NCBI GenBank assembly: GCA_041641295.1
Contig: JBEPYO010000001.1
Span: 928,001 to 992,000, forward strand
Origin: Nitrososphaerota archaeon
GTDB taxonomy: Archaea; Thermoproteota; Nitrososphaeria_A; Caldarchaeales; Calditenuaceae
Length of the DNA: 64,000 nucleotides
Direction of reading: 5' to 3'
The position numbers were made by a program, and so were the translations under genes. Each line of letters starts with the position of its first letter. Position 1 is the stretch's first letter. Below, piece by piece: positions 29,287 to 38,622 of the stretch. A model generated the notes under the pieces. The model saw nothing but the letters and a program-made list of their open reading frames with translations. It had not been told where the DNA came from and did not search any database.

Positions 29287-29640
29287 TCATACTTCAATCT
29301 CGACGCATACGTCGAGCTTAGAGTAGTACCTCTTAATCGAGGATTCGCCATACTTACTCTTGAACAGCTTAACCACCTTCTCTACACTATCCTTATCGCT
29401 TAACGGTCTCGCCACCACTGTGAGCCGTTTACCGCCAGCTGCCAGCTCCATAGATGGGTTTGCCAAGAGATTCCTATACCAGTTAGTATCCGAGCCCTTC
29501 ACGGGCAGGAGATAGATCTTTCTATCCTCGTTAACGAACCAAACGGGCAGGCTGATACGCCTCCCACTTCTCCTACCCACCGTGGTAATCTCCAGCTCAT
29601 ATGTGCTGCGGAGGGCCTTGAGAAATTCTTCAGCGGCCAT
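29287..29640 (-). CDS. deazaflavin (F420)-dependent nitroreductase/Ddn family
   Basis: ITTVGRRSG...PVWF...NWYRNLLANP. Confidence 0.85.
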   Translation of the reverse strand: MAAEEFLKALRSTYELEITTVGRRSGRRISLPVWFVNEDRKIYLLPVKGSDTNWYRNLLANPSMELAAGGKRLTVVARPLSDKDSVEKVVKLFKSKYGESSIKRYYSKLDVCVEIEV

Positions 29641-29738
29641 GTCAGCTAGCCTTACTCGTAGCCGATAAAAAGTCTTTCCTATGGATACGGCTTGGGAGTA
29701 ATGCGTATTTAGGTGTGTGGTAACTAGATGTCCTTGAA

Positions 29739-30989
29739 TTGGATGCAGATGTCATTATTGTTGGTGGAGGCTTCGTCGGCCTGCACACAGCATATCGGCT
29801 GCATAAAGATGGGTTCAGAGTAGTTGTTGTCGGCGGTGAGGCGCCGCGTAGGGGGGCCTCTTGGGGTAATGCGGGTCTGATACATCAGGGCTCGACGACC
29901 ACTGTGCCGGAGATAATGGGCTTCTGGCGCGTGGTGAGGCTGGCCCTGAGACGTGGATCCTACATATCGTCGAATCCTTGGGTAGCTTTGCGGGAATCCC
30001 TTCCCGGCGGATGGATCTGGAGGTATGCGCGCCTCCTCAAAAAGGAGCAGCTAATCGAGCGCGCGGCGCTGTTGTCTAGTCTAGTCCGTGAGAGTAAGAG
30101 GCTGTGGCTTGAGATAATCAGGGGCGAGGGGCTTGATGCGGAGTTGTTGGAGCGTGGCTCTATTGAGGCATATTTCTCCGAGGAGCTTTTCCGTCTTGAG
30201 TCCCGCGTTGTCTCGGAGGAGGCGTCTAGGCTGGGATACCGTGTCCAAGTTCTCGACGGCGAGAAGTGCAGGGAGATGGAGCCCCTCCTGAGAGAAGGAG
30301 TCGCAGGTGGGATCTACTATCTAGACGACGCTTGGGTAAACCCCTCCAAGACGCTGAACTCCTTCATCTCCGCCCTCCAGCGGCTAGGAGTGAAGATAAT
30401 GTGGGAGAGGGTTAGAGGGGTTAGAGAGGAGGGAGATGGTGTGAGGGTTGAGGCGGAGAGCGGCGGTCTGAAGGCGGCGCATGTAGTTTTGGCAGCAGGG
30501 GCTTGGACCAGAAACCTACTTAGGAGCATCGGAGCCAAGATACCTCTGATCGCTGGTCGTGGATATCTCGCAATATCAGAGCCGGTTAGAGAGAGGCTGG
30601 CTAGGCCACTATTCTACGCTGACGAGAAGATAGTTGTCGGCCAGACAGCAGACGGCAATTTACGGCTCACAAGCTATTTCGAACTCAACAACCCGGACGC
30701 GCCTCTCGACCGGTCCAAGATAATCCAGATGGTGAGAAAAGTGAAAGAGGCCCTCAAGCTCGAGGGCGAACTGCGAATAATTGATGAGTGGGTGGGCTCA
30801 AGGCCCTGCATACCAGATGGATTGCCAGTAGTTGGTAGGGTCGGAGGTAGGGGGCGGGTCCTAGTTGCTACGGGTCTTTGCAGGCTCGGCCTTACCCTAA
30901 GCCCAGCAACCGCTGTGCTCGTCGAGGATATTATAACGGGGCGCGAAAACCCGCTGCTACAACACTTCTCACCCGCGAGATTTTCATAA
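29739..30989 (+). CDS. FAD-dependent D-amino acid dehydrogenase (DadA-like)
   Basis: VGGGFVG, GASWGNAG, LAAGAW, GSRPCIPDGLPVVG. Confidence 0.85.
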   Translation: MDADVIIVGGGFVGLHTAYRLHKDGFRVVVVGGEAPRRGASWGNAGLIHQGSTTTVPEIMGFWRVVRLALRRGSYISSNPWVALRESLPGGWIWRYARLLKKEQLIERAALLSSLVRESKRLWLEIIRGEGLDAELLERGSIEAYFSEELFRLESRVVSEEASRLGYRVQVLDGEKCREMEPLLREGVAGGIYYLDDAWVNPSKTLNSFISALQRLGVKIMWERVRGVREEGDGVRVEAESGGLKAAHVVLAAGAWTRNLLRSIGAKIPLIAGRGYLAISEPVRERLARPLFYADEKIVVGQTADGNLRLTSYFELNNPDAPLDRSKIIQMVRKVKEALKLEGELRIIDEWVGSRPCIPDGLPVVGRVGGRGRVLVATGLCRLGLTLSPATAVLVEDIITGRENPLLQHFSPARFS

Positions 30990-31141
30990 GTAGCGGAGGC
31001 ACAGTGAATCAACGCTAGGCTTTTTAAACTTTGCACGCTGTGTCAGGCGCGATATATATGCCAGACTCTGTCTCAGGAGGACTCGAAGACAGGTTTTCAA
31101 AAATAGCTTATATCCCACACTCCGAATACTGATTATGGCTC

Positions 31142-31912
31142 TTGCCTAGGCGCCATGAGTTACTGGTCATGTCGCTTGCAGTGATTCTAGCTTTATTATT
31201 CATCCTCTTTAACTCGCCACCCCTATCACTCTCATCATCGAGCGCCATCGCCTATGTATCCAACATAGCCTCTCCAGTTCAGGGTGGGATCACAGTAAAG
31301 GTTAGAGTGACACACCAGATAGGAAATGAGACTCCCAAGCCGCCAATCAACGGGCTGGTTTTCGTCGTCTTAGGAGGTAATATTGCAGACGTAGACGCTA
31401 AAGGTGAGGCGATTTTCAGCTTACCCCCAGGGAACTATAGCCTCATAGTCTCATGGCGCGACGGGATACTCTACCCGTTCAGAACAATCGTGAAGGTTGA
31501 GAAGCCGTTATTGATTCTGGTCTCGTTTAGGGAAGAGAAGATTATCCCCGACTCCTTGGTATTGATGGTAAACTACACCACAGACTCCAGCAGGGTTGAA
31601 ATGCAGTATATGCCGCCATCAGATAAGATTATATACGCTTCAACCCCAATCATAACCACTATAGATCAAATGGGTAGAAAGCTTGTCTACCCCACACACG
31701 AGACCGTGGCATGGCACATAACCCCCCGCCCCTACTATATCAGTCTACAACCGTCGGCTGTCTACGTCTTGTACGACGTAGTAGTACCAGTCCTCTCGAG
31801 CACAAATACGTTAGTCCCATGGAGCATTTTATCCGTGGTAAGTGACGAGACCTTTATCCCCATCCAGATCACCAACGCTACTATAGTTGAAGGAGATATA
31901 GAATGGAGCTAG
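31142..31912 (+). CDS. secreted/membrane-anchored beta-rich hypothetical protein
   Basis: N-terminal hydrophobic helix; D..G.A.F.LPPGNY carboxypeptidase-regulatory-like segment. Confidence 0.6.
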   Translation: MPRRHELLVMSLAVILALLFILFNSPPLSLSSSSAIAYVSNIASPVQGGITVKVRVTHQIGNETPKPPINGLVFVVLGGNIADVDAKGEAIFSLPPGNYSLIVSWRDGILYPFRTIVKVEKPLLILVSFREEKIIPDSLVLMVNYTTDSSRVEMQYMPPSDKIIYASTPIITTIDQMGRKLVYPTHETVAWHITPRPYYISLQPSAVYVLYDVVVPVLSSTNTLVPWSILSVVSDETFIPIQITNATIVEGDIEWS

Positions 31913-32328
31913 ACATAATTTATAGTCCTATATTCTGGCTGGTACTCAACATTCTTGTGGCATTCGGGATATTAAAGCTGAGGAAAAGCTTGAGCACTGT
32001 CTCAAAGGGTAGTGTGGAGGAGTTTGCGGAGGGCCCATTTTGGAGGCTCGAAAGGGCTCTTAGCATGGAAGTGACCAGTGAGAGGCAAAGAGAGTATCTT
32101 AAAAACTGCATCAATATTTTTCTCCAACTGCTAGACGAGCGCAAATTATTAGATGTTAAACCATACTCTACGGTCAGAGAGATTCTACAGACCATCAACA
32201 GGAGGGAAGCCTTAGAGTTGGTGGAGCTTTATGAAGCCGCCCGCTTCGGCCAGAAGACACTCAGCGAGGAGGAATTGAAAGTTTTTAGGACGAATCTCAG
32301 ACACCTTGCGCGTATGATGATCCACTAA
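31903..32328 (+). CDS. DUF4129-like membrane protein
   Basis: N-terminal TM; TVRE...LYEAARFG motif. Confidence 0.65.
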   Translation: MELDIIYSPIFWLVLNILVAFGILKLRKSLSTVSKGSVEEFAEGPFWRLERALSMEVTSERQREYLKNCINIFLQLLDERKLLDVKPYSTVREILQTINRREALELVELYEAARFGQKTLSEEELKVFRTNLRHLARMMIH

Positions 32329-33283
32329 TCTCCTTTATAATCTCGTCAAGCAATATCATTGCTTTTCGCGGAGTTGGGCCTAGGGGTCCGCCAAGAACTA
32401 GGCCGTCCAAACCGAGTGACGAGACCTCTTCCAGTCTAGACCTCACATAACTGGGAGTGCCAGCGATCGAGAACAACTCCACAGCCTCATCAGGAACCAC
32501 TCTATGAATCTCAAGCCACATCCTAGCCCGAACCATAGATCTTATCTCTTTAAGGATCCCCTCGCTTATCCGCAGCTCTTCCACCATCTCGGGCGACAAG
32601 CCTTGCATGACTACTCCTACGTATGGTTTCACTGTCTTGCGAGCCTTCTCTGGGTCTTCGTGAACAGAGACTAGAGCCTCCAGCTCTATAGAAAATTCCG
32701 CGCGGCGGCGCCCCGTCTCGTCAAGTGTCTTCCTGATGATGTCGAGGGGTCTTTTAGGGTTTGGGAGCCAAGAAGTGTTGATTAGGGCCCCGTCTCCCAG
32801 CTCGGCTGCGAGTCGAAGCATTTTTGGCCCCTGCGCCGCGATGTAGATCTGGGTCTGTCCCCAGGCTTTGAAGTCTAGGCCTATGGCCCCGCTGTGGCCC
32901 TTATCGCTGAGAAGCTCCCTTACAGTCCTTACAGCCCACCGCACCTTCTCTATAGGTCTCTCCTGAGCAATTCCCAGGCTGTCGAGAATATTTCTATCAC
33001 CCGCTCCAATGCCTATCGAGACTCTGCCGGGCGCCATCTCAGATAGCGAGGCGGCCATTTGCGCCATAGATACAGGGTGATAAATGTAGGGGTTCATGAT
33101 GCCTAGGCCGATTCTCGCCCTCTTAGTCACCATGCACATGGCAGTCGCTGCTACGGCTATGTTCCGGTTATAGTAGTGGTCGCTGAGCCATATCGTGTGG
33201 TAGGAGAGAGTGTCTGCGAGGTGGGCGTATATCTGGAGGCGCCAGATAGGGTCTTTGGGCGGGATCTCGATAGAATATCTCAT
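32297..33283 (-). CDS. LLM-class (Mer-like) F420-dependent oxidoreductase
   Basis: WLSDHYYNRN, NPY..HP, GIGAGD, AAQGPKML, GGPLGP. Confidence 0.88.
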   Translation of the reverse strand: MRYSIEIPPKDPIWRLQIYAHLADTLSYHTIWLSDHYYNRNIAVAATAMCMVTKRARIGLGIMNPYIYHPVSMAQMAASLSEMAPGRVSIGIGAGDRNILDSLGIAQERPIEKVRWAVRTVRELLSDKGHSGAIGLDFKAWGQTQIYIAAQGPKMLRLAAELGDGALINTSWLPNPKRPLDIIRKTLDETGRRRAEFSIELEALVSVHEDPEKARKTVKPYVGVVMQGLSPEMVEELRISEGILKEIRSMVRARMWLEIHRVVPDEAVELFSIAGTPSYVRSRLEEVSSLGLDGLVLGGPLGPTPRKAMILLDEIIKEISGSSYAQGV

Positions 33284-33558
33284 GTCCCTTGGACGAGTCC
33301 GTGGTTCTTGAGCACCTTTAAGGTCTTCTCAGGCTCAGCCTTCAGGCTTAAATCGACTAGCATGTAAACTGCATCAGGCGAGTCAAGTCCTCCAGCGATA
33401 AATTGCCTAACAATCTCCTCTCCCTTCTCGGGAGAGACCACCGAATAGTTGTAAGTGGTCAATAAAATATCGAGTAGGTCCTCGGCCAAAAGGCTCCTTG
33501 ATTGAAGCGACCTCAGCCGTGATTTGAACTCATCCGAGTCCACGCCCACCCAGCCCAA
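33280..33558 (-). CDS. hypothetical protein
   Basis: Translationally coupled (ATGA) to the LLM gene. Confidence 0.6.
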   Translation of the reverse strand: MGWVGVDSDEFKSRLRSLQSRSLLAEDLLDILLTTYNYSVVSPEKGEEIVRQFIAGGLDSPDAVYMLVDLSLKAEPEKTLKVLKNHGLVQGT

Positions 33559-33592
33559 ATTATATACAACCCTCTAAACCACCTATTATGAA

Positions 33593-34288
33593 TTGTTGGG
33601 ATATGTTAGTCCCAAGGCCCGGTGTAGAGGCCACATATCTCACGGCTCAATAATCCTCGGAAATACAGAGGTTGGCGAGGGGTCTTACATCGACTTTAAC
33701 ACGGTGATTGGATATCCTTCAAGAGAGAAGCTGCTGCAGGGACGGCCTACATCGATTAACCAGCTTGACGCTCTGAGTTCTGGTGCTAGGATTGGTGTGG
33801 GATGCTTGATACGGTCTGGCTCCGTGATATATGAGGAGGTGGAGTTGATGGACGGTGTGGAGCTGGGGCACAATGTCTTAATTAGGAAGGGGTCAAGAGT
33901 GGGGCGTTCTGTGAGGATTGGGAGTGGAAGCCAGCTGGACGGCGAAGTAGTAATCGGAGATGACACCAACATACAATCAATGGTCTACCTTCCCCATCTC
34001 TCAAAGGTTGGCAGAAAAGTCTTCATAGGTCCTCTCGTATGCGTTACCAATGACCGCTACCCACCAAGCCGAAAACTAACAGGCGTAACAATAGAAGATG
34101 AAGCCGTGATAGGTGCGGGCGCCCTCATAATGGCTGGCGTGACGATTGGCTCAAGGGCTGTTGTCGCGGCCGGCTCAATAGTTGTGAGGGATGTCGAGCC
34201 GAACCAGCTAGTCATGGGCTCGCCGGCAAGGCCTGTCTCAGACAGGGAGATGTTTGAGCAGAAGAAAAAGAGCTATGAGTCAGGCTAA
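33593..34288 (+). CDS. hexapeptide-repeat N-acetyltransferase (WbpD/WxcM-like)
   Basis: Left-handed beta-helix repeats, VFIGP...TNDRYP, GSPAR. Confidence 0.88.
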   Translation: MLGYVSPKARCRGHISHGSIILGNTEVGEGSYIDFNTVIGYPSREKLLQGRPTSINQLDALSSGARIGVGCLIRSGSVIYEEVELMDGVELGHNVLIRKGSRVGRSVRIGSGSQLDGEVVIGDDTNIQSMVYLPHLSKVGRKVFIGPLVCVTNDRYPPSRKLTGVTIEDEAVIGAGALIMAGVTIGSRAVVAAGSIVVRDVEPNQLVMGSPARPVSDREMFEQKKKSYESG

Positions 34289-34351
34289 ATTCGCTTAACA
34301 TTTATATCCCTCTAGAGTCCTAAATCTTGCGGAGGGTCTAGGAGAGCAATA

Positions 34352-34660
34352 ATGGCGGAGATATGCCCCACTTGCGGGCTCCCCAAGAATCTCTGTGTGT
34401 GCAAAACTATAGACTATGAGCAACAACGTGTCAAGATAAAATTGGAGACCAAGAAGTGGAACAAGACTATGACGATTATCGAGGGCCTCGATTCAAGCAA
34501 CATCGACATAGAGGAAGTAGCCTCTATCCTCAAGGCCAAATGTGCCTGTGGAGGAGCAGTGAAGAATGGAGTAATAATGTTGCAGGGTGACCAGCGCGAC
34601 AAGGTGCCGAAGATTCTTGTAGATCTTGGTATACCGCCCGAGAACCTAGAGATAATCTAG
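34352..34660 (+). CDS. translation initiation factor aIF1/SUI1
   Basis: CPTCGLP..LCVC, LKAKCACGG, LQGDQR. Confidence 0.95.
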   Translation: MAEICPTCGLPKNLCVCKTIDYEQQRVKIKLETKKWNKTMTIIEGLDSSNIDIEEVASILKAKCACGGAVKNGVIMLQGDQRDKVPKILVDLGIPPENLEII

Positions 34661-34965
34661 CTGGACGCCGCGCCACCGAGCTTCTCATTTATTAGAGATA
34701 CTATCTCTTCTTTCCTAAGTCCTTCCGTGACGATATTTAGCTTCCTCGCCGCCTCTATGAGCTGCCTATCAGCTATGTCAACAGCCTCCACACCGGGCTT
34801 GATAAGCTCTTTAACATATCTATCCGCCTCCATCCGCGCTTTCTGAATTTCATTCATAAATCTGCCGAGGGCCCTCGCAATCTCCGGTATCTTCTCCGGA
34901 TTCCATAAAATCATAACTAGGACTACGCCTATAACCATCACCCACTCAATTCCCTCGATAGGCAT
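34657..34965 (-). CDS. tatA: twin-arginine translocase TatA/E family
   Basis: TM followed by PEKIPEIARALG amphipathic helix; archaeal A.KL.I.TEG tail. Confidence 0.8.
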   Translation of the reverse strand: MPIEGIEWVMVIGVVLVMILWNPEKIPEIARALGRFMNEIQKARMEADRYVKELIKPGVEAVDIADRQLIEAARKLNIVTEGLRKEEIVSLINEKLGGAASS

Positions 34966-35064
34966 CCCTAAATCGCCCTATTCTTCAATGGCTTTTATCC
35001 TTTACTTAGCCTATTAAAAAAATGTAGGGAGGAAGCCTCCCTTCAGTTAGAGTGTAGGTGGAGA

Positions 35065-36003
35065 CTATACAGCCTGTGCTGTGCTTTCTAGTGCCTCCTT
35101 TAAGCCCTTGAACCTGTTCCTGACCGTTACTTCTGTGACGCCTGCTGCGCGTGCAATGTCCTTCTGGGTTATGTTCTGCATTGTCTCTTGGCATGCCATG
35201 TAGAGAGCTGCGGCTGCTATGCCCACAGGGTCCTTGCCCACGGTCGCACCCCGAGATGCTGCCTTGTTTAGAAGGTTCAGTGCCTCCTGTACTGTCCGCT
35301 CATCCAGCCCAACCCTAGAGGCGATCTTCCTGACATACAGGCTGGGCTCCACTACAGGTATCTTGATGTTCAGGTTCTTGACTAGGAGTCTGTAGCCCTG
35401 TGCAATGGTTTTTCTCTTCACTAGTGGATAGACGCGCTCAAACTCTCTCAGGTCCCTCGGCATCCCGCTCATTCTGCAGGCAGCGTAGGTCGCGGCCGCG
35501 ACTATGCTCCTGATGGATCTACCCCTGACCAGTCCTGCCTTCAGAGCCTTCCTGTAGATCGACATGGCCATCTCTGCCACCGACTGGGGTATGTGGAGCT
35601 TGTCGACATAGATCTCGAGGACGTTTGCCGCCTGCTGGAGGTTTCTGTTCTCAGAGGCGTTCACCTGGGATGTCTGGTCAAGCTTCTTCAGCCTGAGCAT
35701 CTTCTCCCTCATCTCTTTGGGGAGACGCCTCCCACCCGCATCCTCGCCAATCCTGTTAATCACAGTCGAGAGGCCGTGGTCTCTGTACATTATGGAGAGC
35801 GGGGCTCCAGTTCTAGCCCTGCTCTGCTGATCATCATCAAGGCTCCTCCACTCAGGCCCTCTGTCAACATCCTTCGCCAAGAGGACGTATCCACAGTCAC
35901 CACAGCTTACCTCACCTGTCCTAGAATCGGTAATTATGTTGTCACTACCGCACTCAGGGCAGATGTAACCCTCTACACGCCTATTAGGAAGTGCCATACA
36001 CAC
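35065..36003 (-). CDS. tfb: transcription initiation factor IIB
   Basis: CPECG..CGDCG ribbon, GPEWR, GRSI, GKDP.G, TEVTVRNR. Confidence 0.96.
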   Translation of the reverse strand: MCMALPNRRVEGYICPECGSDNIITDSRTGEVSCGDCGYVLLAKDVDRGPEWRSLDDDQQSRARTGAPLSIMYRDHGLSTVINRIGEDAGGRRLPKEMREKMLRLKKLDQTSQVNASENRNLQQAANVLEIYVDKLHIPQSVAEMAMSIYRKALKAGLVRGRSIRSIVAAATYAACRMSGMPRDLREFERVYPLVKRKTIAQGYRLLVKNLNIKIPVVEPSLYVRKIASRVGLDERTVQEALNLLNKAASRGATVGKDPVGIAAAALYMACQETMQNITQKDIARAAGVTEVTVRNRFKGLKEALESTAQAV

Positions 36004-36207
36004 CTCCCTCCTGGGGATTGTTTCTGGTGAAAAGCTTTAAACCCCTTCACCTCATCAAATATAACCTTTTACCGCTTAATATATCTTATGTATATCCGCG
36101 ACTTAAAACAATATACAGTATATACTGTGGGAATCCAGCCTAAAACGCCGCATTACCCAGCATAAGAGAGGTCAACGCCGTTTAAAAGTATAAAACGGGT
36201 TTTAATC

Positions 36208-36675
36208 TTGCTTCCCGGGGGCAGATTATATTTGAGACCAATCCATGTTGCCATGGCTTCCGTCATAGCTGTAGCGGTCGTCATAGTTGCTGTCATGTTG
36301 TTGTGGGGACAACTCAGCGGAGCTTCCGGGGTTTCAGGCCAGCCTCCTGGAAAAACATATACCATCAGGAGCATGAAGGGCTCCTATCTTCCACCTGAAG
36401 GGTGGAAAGTGGGAGACCCTCCAGTAATTGACGACAAGTATTACAACCCTGCCAGGCTCTCGATAAGGGTTGGCGACACCGTAGTCTACGTCAACGAGGA
36501 CGAGGTTCCACATACCTTCACCGCAAGCGAGGTCCCCAGCGGCGCAAGCAGGTTCAGCTCTGGCCCCGTGAACCCCGGCGACAGTTATCGCTACACCTTC
36601 AGGGTTCCCGGCACCTACAAATACCTCTGCATGCTCCACCCCCATAAAGGCGGAATAATAGAAGTCTCTCCTTGA
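36208..36675 (+). CDS. membrane-anchored cupredoxin/plastocyanin-like protein
   Basis: TM; VGDTVVYVN, PHTFT, PGTYKYLCMLHP. Confidence 0.88.
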   Translation: MLPGGRLYLRPIHVAMASVIAVAVVIVAVMLLWGQLSGASGVSGQPPGKTYTIRSMKGSYLPPEGWKVGDPPVIDDKYYNPARLSIRVGDTVVYVNEDEVPHTFTASEVPSGASRFSSGPVNPGDSYRYTFRVPGTYKYLCMLHPHKGGIIEVSP

Positions 36676-36707
36676 ACTTAATCTAACTGGCTGGAGAGGG
36701 TTAGGGT

Positions 36708-37496
36708 ATGAGGATAGTTACTCTTTTGACAGATTTCGGAGTCTCAGACCCCTACGTAGCGGAGACCAAGGGTGTAATCTTGTCTAAGTGCGGAGACGTA
36801 GAGGTAGTGGATATAACCCACCAAGTGGAGCCCTTCAACATCAGACAGGGTGCATTCCTACTCTTCCTCTCCTACAAGTTTTTCCCACCCGGGACGATTC
36901 ATGTCGCGGTCGTCGACCCGGGTGTAGGTACGGAGAGACGCGGATTGGTTCTAAGGACGCGTAACTACTGGTTTGTTGGGCCTGACAACGGCCTCCTCTA
37001 CCCTGCCGCGGTGAGTGATGGGCTTGAGGAGTGCTTCGAGATAATGCTGGAGAAATATCCTCGGATTGGTGGACACACATTCCATGCGCGCGACGTGTTC
37101 GGCCCTGTTGCCGGAGAGTTGGCAGCTGGCTTAAGGCCCGCCCTAAGGGAAATCGACGCCCAATCAATCGTAAAGCTCGAGCTGGCCACTGCCAAGTTTA
37201 TAGGCGGGAGGGTTGAGGCTGAGGTTCTACACGTAGACAGATTTGGGAATGCAATTCTTAACATAGATTCAAGCGGTGTGCCTGAAGGCTTGGAGTTCGG
37301 CGATGAGGCTTTTGTAGAGCATGGAGGGCGGGTCTACAGTGTGCGGTATGTGAAGGCCTACGGCGACGCGCCTTCTGGCTCTCTTCTAATTACTTTCGGC
37401 GGGACGGGGCTACTCGAGTTAGCGGTGAGTAGGGGAAGCGCCTCTACGCTACTTGGGCTCAAACCGGGTGATAAGGTTCGGATCCGGCTACAATAG
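36708..37496 (+). CDS. SAM hydroxide adenosyltransferase (DUF62)
   Basis: TLLTDFG, DITH, VVDPGVG, GPDNG, TFHARD, VDRFGN. Confidence 0.93.
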   Translation: MRIVTLLTDFGVSDPYVAETKGVILSKCGDVEVVDITHQVEPFNIRQGAFLLFLSYKFFPPGTIHVAVVDPGVGTERRGLVLRTRNYWFVGPDNGLLYPAAVSDGLEECFEIMLEKYPRIGGHTFHARDVFGPVAGELAAGLRPALREIDAQSIVKLELATAKFIGGRVEAEVLHVDRFGNAILNIDSSGVPEGLEFGDEAFVEHGGRVYSVRYVKAYGDAPSGSLLITFGGTGLLELAVSRGSASTLLGLKPGDKVRIRLQ

Positions 37497-37581
37497 GCAT
37501 TTAATGAGCTTGGAGGGTGTTGCCCGGCTTAATTAGGCTTATTAGATGGGCTCGCAGAAGTTTTAGAACAGACGAGAAGAG

Positions 37582-37971
37582 ATGGTGTCTAAGGACCTAG
37601 TGTCCGGCCTCTTCACGACGCTGCAGAATAACGAGGCGGTGCGTAACAAGGAGTGTATATACTATTATTCACGGCTAATCGGCGACATTTTGAAGACACT
37701 CCAGAGACACTCCTACATCGGCTCCTTCGAGTATATCGAGGATGGCCGGGGAGGCAAGGTGATAATCCAGCTACTAGGCCGAATCAATAGGGCCGCACCG
37801 ATTAGACCCAGATACAGTGTCTCGCGGAACGGATACGATAACTGGGCTAAGCTATATCTGCCGGCTAAGGACGTAGGGATCCTGATTGTGACAACCAATC
37901 AGGGCGTGCTGTCGCATAGGGAGGCGGCTTCCCGCGGGCTTGGTGGAAAGCTTCTTGGATATGTGTATTGA
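37582..37971 (+). CDS. rps8: 30S ribosomal protein uS8
   Basis: YIGSFEYIEDGRGG, GRIN, LIVTTNQG, GGKLLGYVY. Confidence 0.95.
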   Translation: MVSKDLVSGLFTTLQNNEAVRNKECIYYYSRLIGDILKTLQRHSYIGSFEYIEDGRGGKVIIQLLGRINRAAPIRPRYSVSRNGYDNWAKLYLPAKDVGILIVTTNQGVLSHREAASRGLGGKLLGYVY

Positions 37972-37984
37972 GGTGGGGTGAGCG

Positions 37985-38554
37985 GTGTTGGCCCAAGAGT
38001 CTATTTCTAAGATGAAGTTTCAAGAAGACACGGTCAAGATTCCTCAGGACATAGAGGTTGAGCTAACCCCTCCAGCTCGGGTGAAAATTAAGGGGAAGCT
38101 GGGTAGTATTGAGAGAGACTTCGGCCATGCTGGTGCCGAAGTTAGCTTGGACGGCGATGTATTGCGTATACGGGTCTATGGGAGGGGGCGGAGGTGCCTT
38201 GCGAGGCTAGGAACAGTGAAGGCAACTATTAGAAACATGATAATAGGTGTAACACAGGGTTTCACATACAAGCTGAAAATAGTTCAGAGCCACTTCCCCA
38301 TGAGTGTTAAGGTTCAGGGGAGTAATTTGATCGTCGAGAACTTCGCAGGGGAGAAGTATCCGCGGGTAATCAATCTCCCCGAGGGCGTAAAGGTTCAGGT
38401 AAAGGGAGACGACGTAATAGTCACGGGAATTGACAAGTACCTAGTAGGCCTCGCAGCAGGCCGCATAGAGCAGGGGACGCGGATAACTCGGAAAGACCTC
38501 AGAAAGTTCCTCGACGGAATATATGTCTACGAGAAAAAGATTGGCATAGGTTAG
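37985..38554 (+). CDS. rpl6: 50S ribosomal protein uL6
   Basis: NMIIGVTQGF, SHFPM, NFAGEK, DLRKFLDGIYV. Confidence 0.95.
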   Translation: MLAQESISKMKFQEDTVKIPQDIEVELTPPARVKIKGKLGSIERDFGHAGAEVSLDGDVLRIRVYGRGRRCLARLGTVKATIRNMIIGVTQGFTYKLKIVQSHFPMSVKVQGSNLIVENFAGEKYPRVINLPEGVKVQVKGDDVIVTGIDKYLVGLAAGRIEQGTRITRKDLRKFLDGIYVYEKKIGIG

Positions 38555-38622
38555 CGAGGACTGGTTTTTCGGCAATTGGTTAATATTTCCCTACCACATA
38601 TTACAGTTAATGGTGGTGTTAT

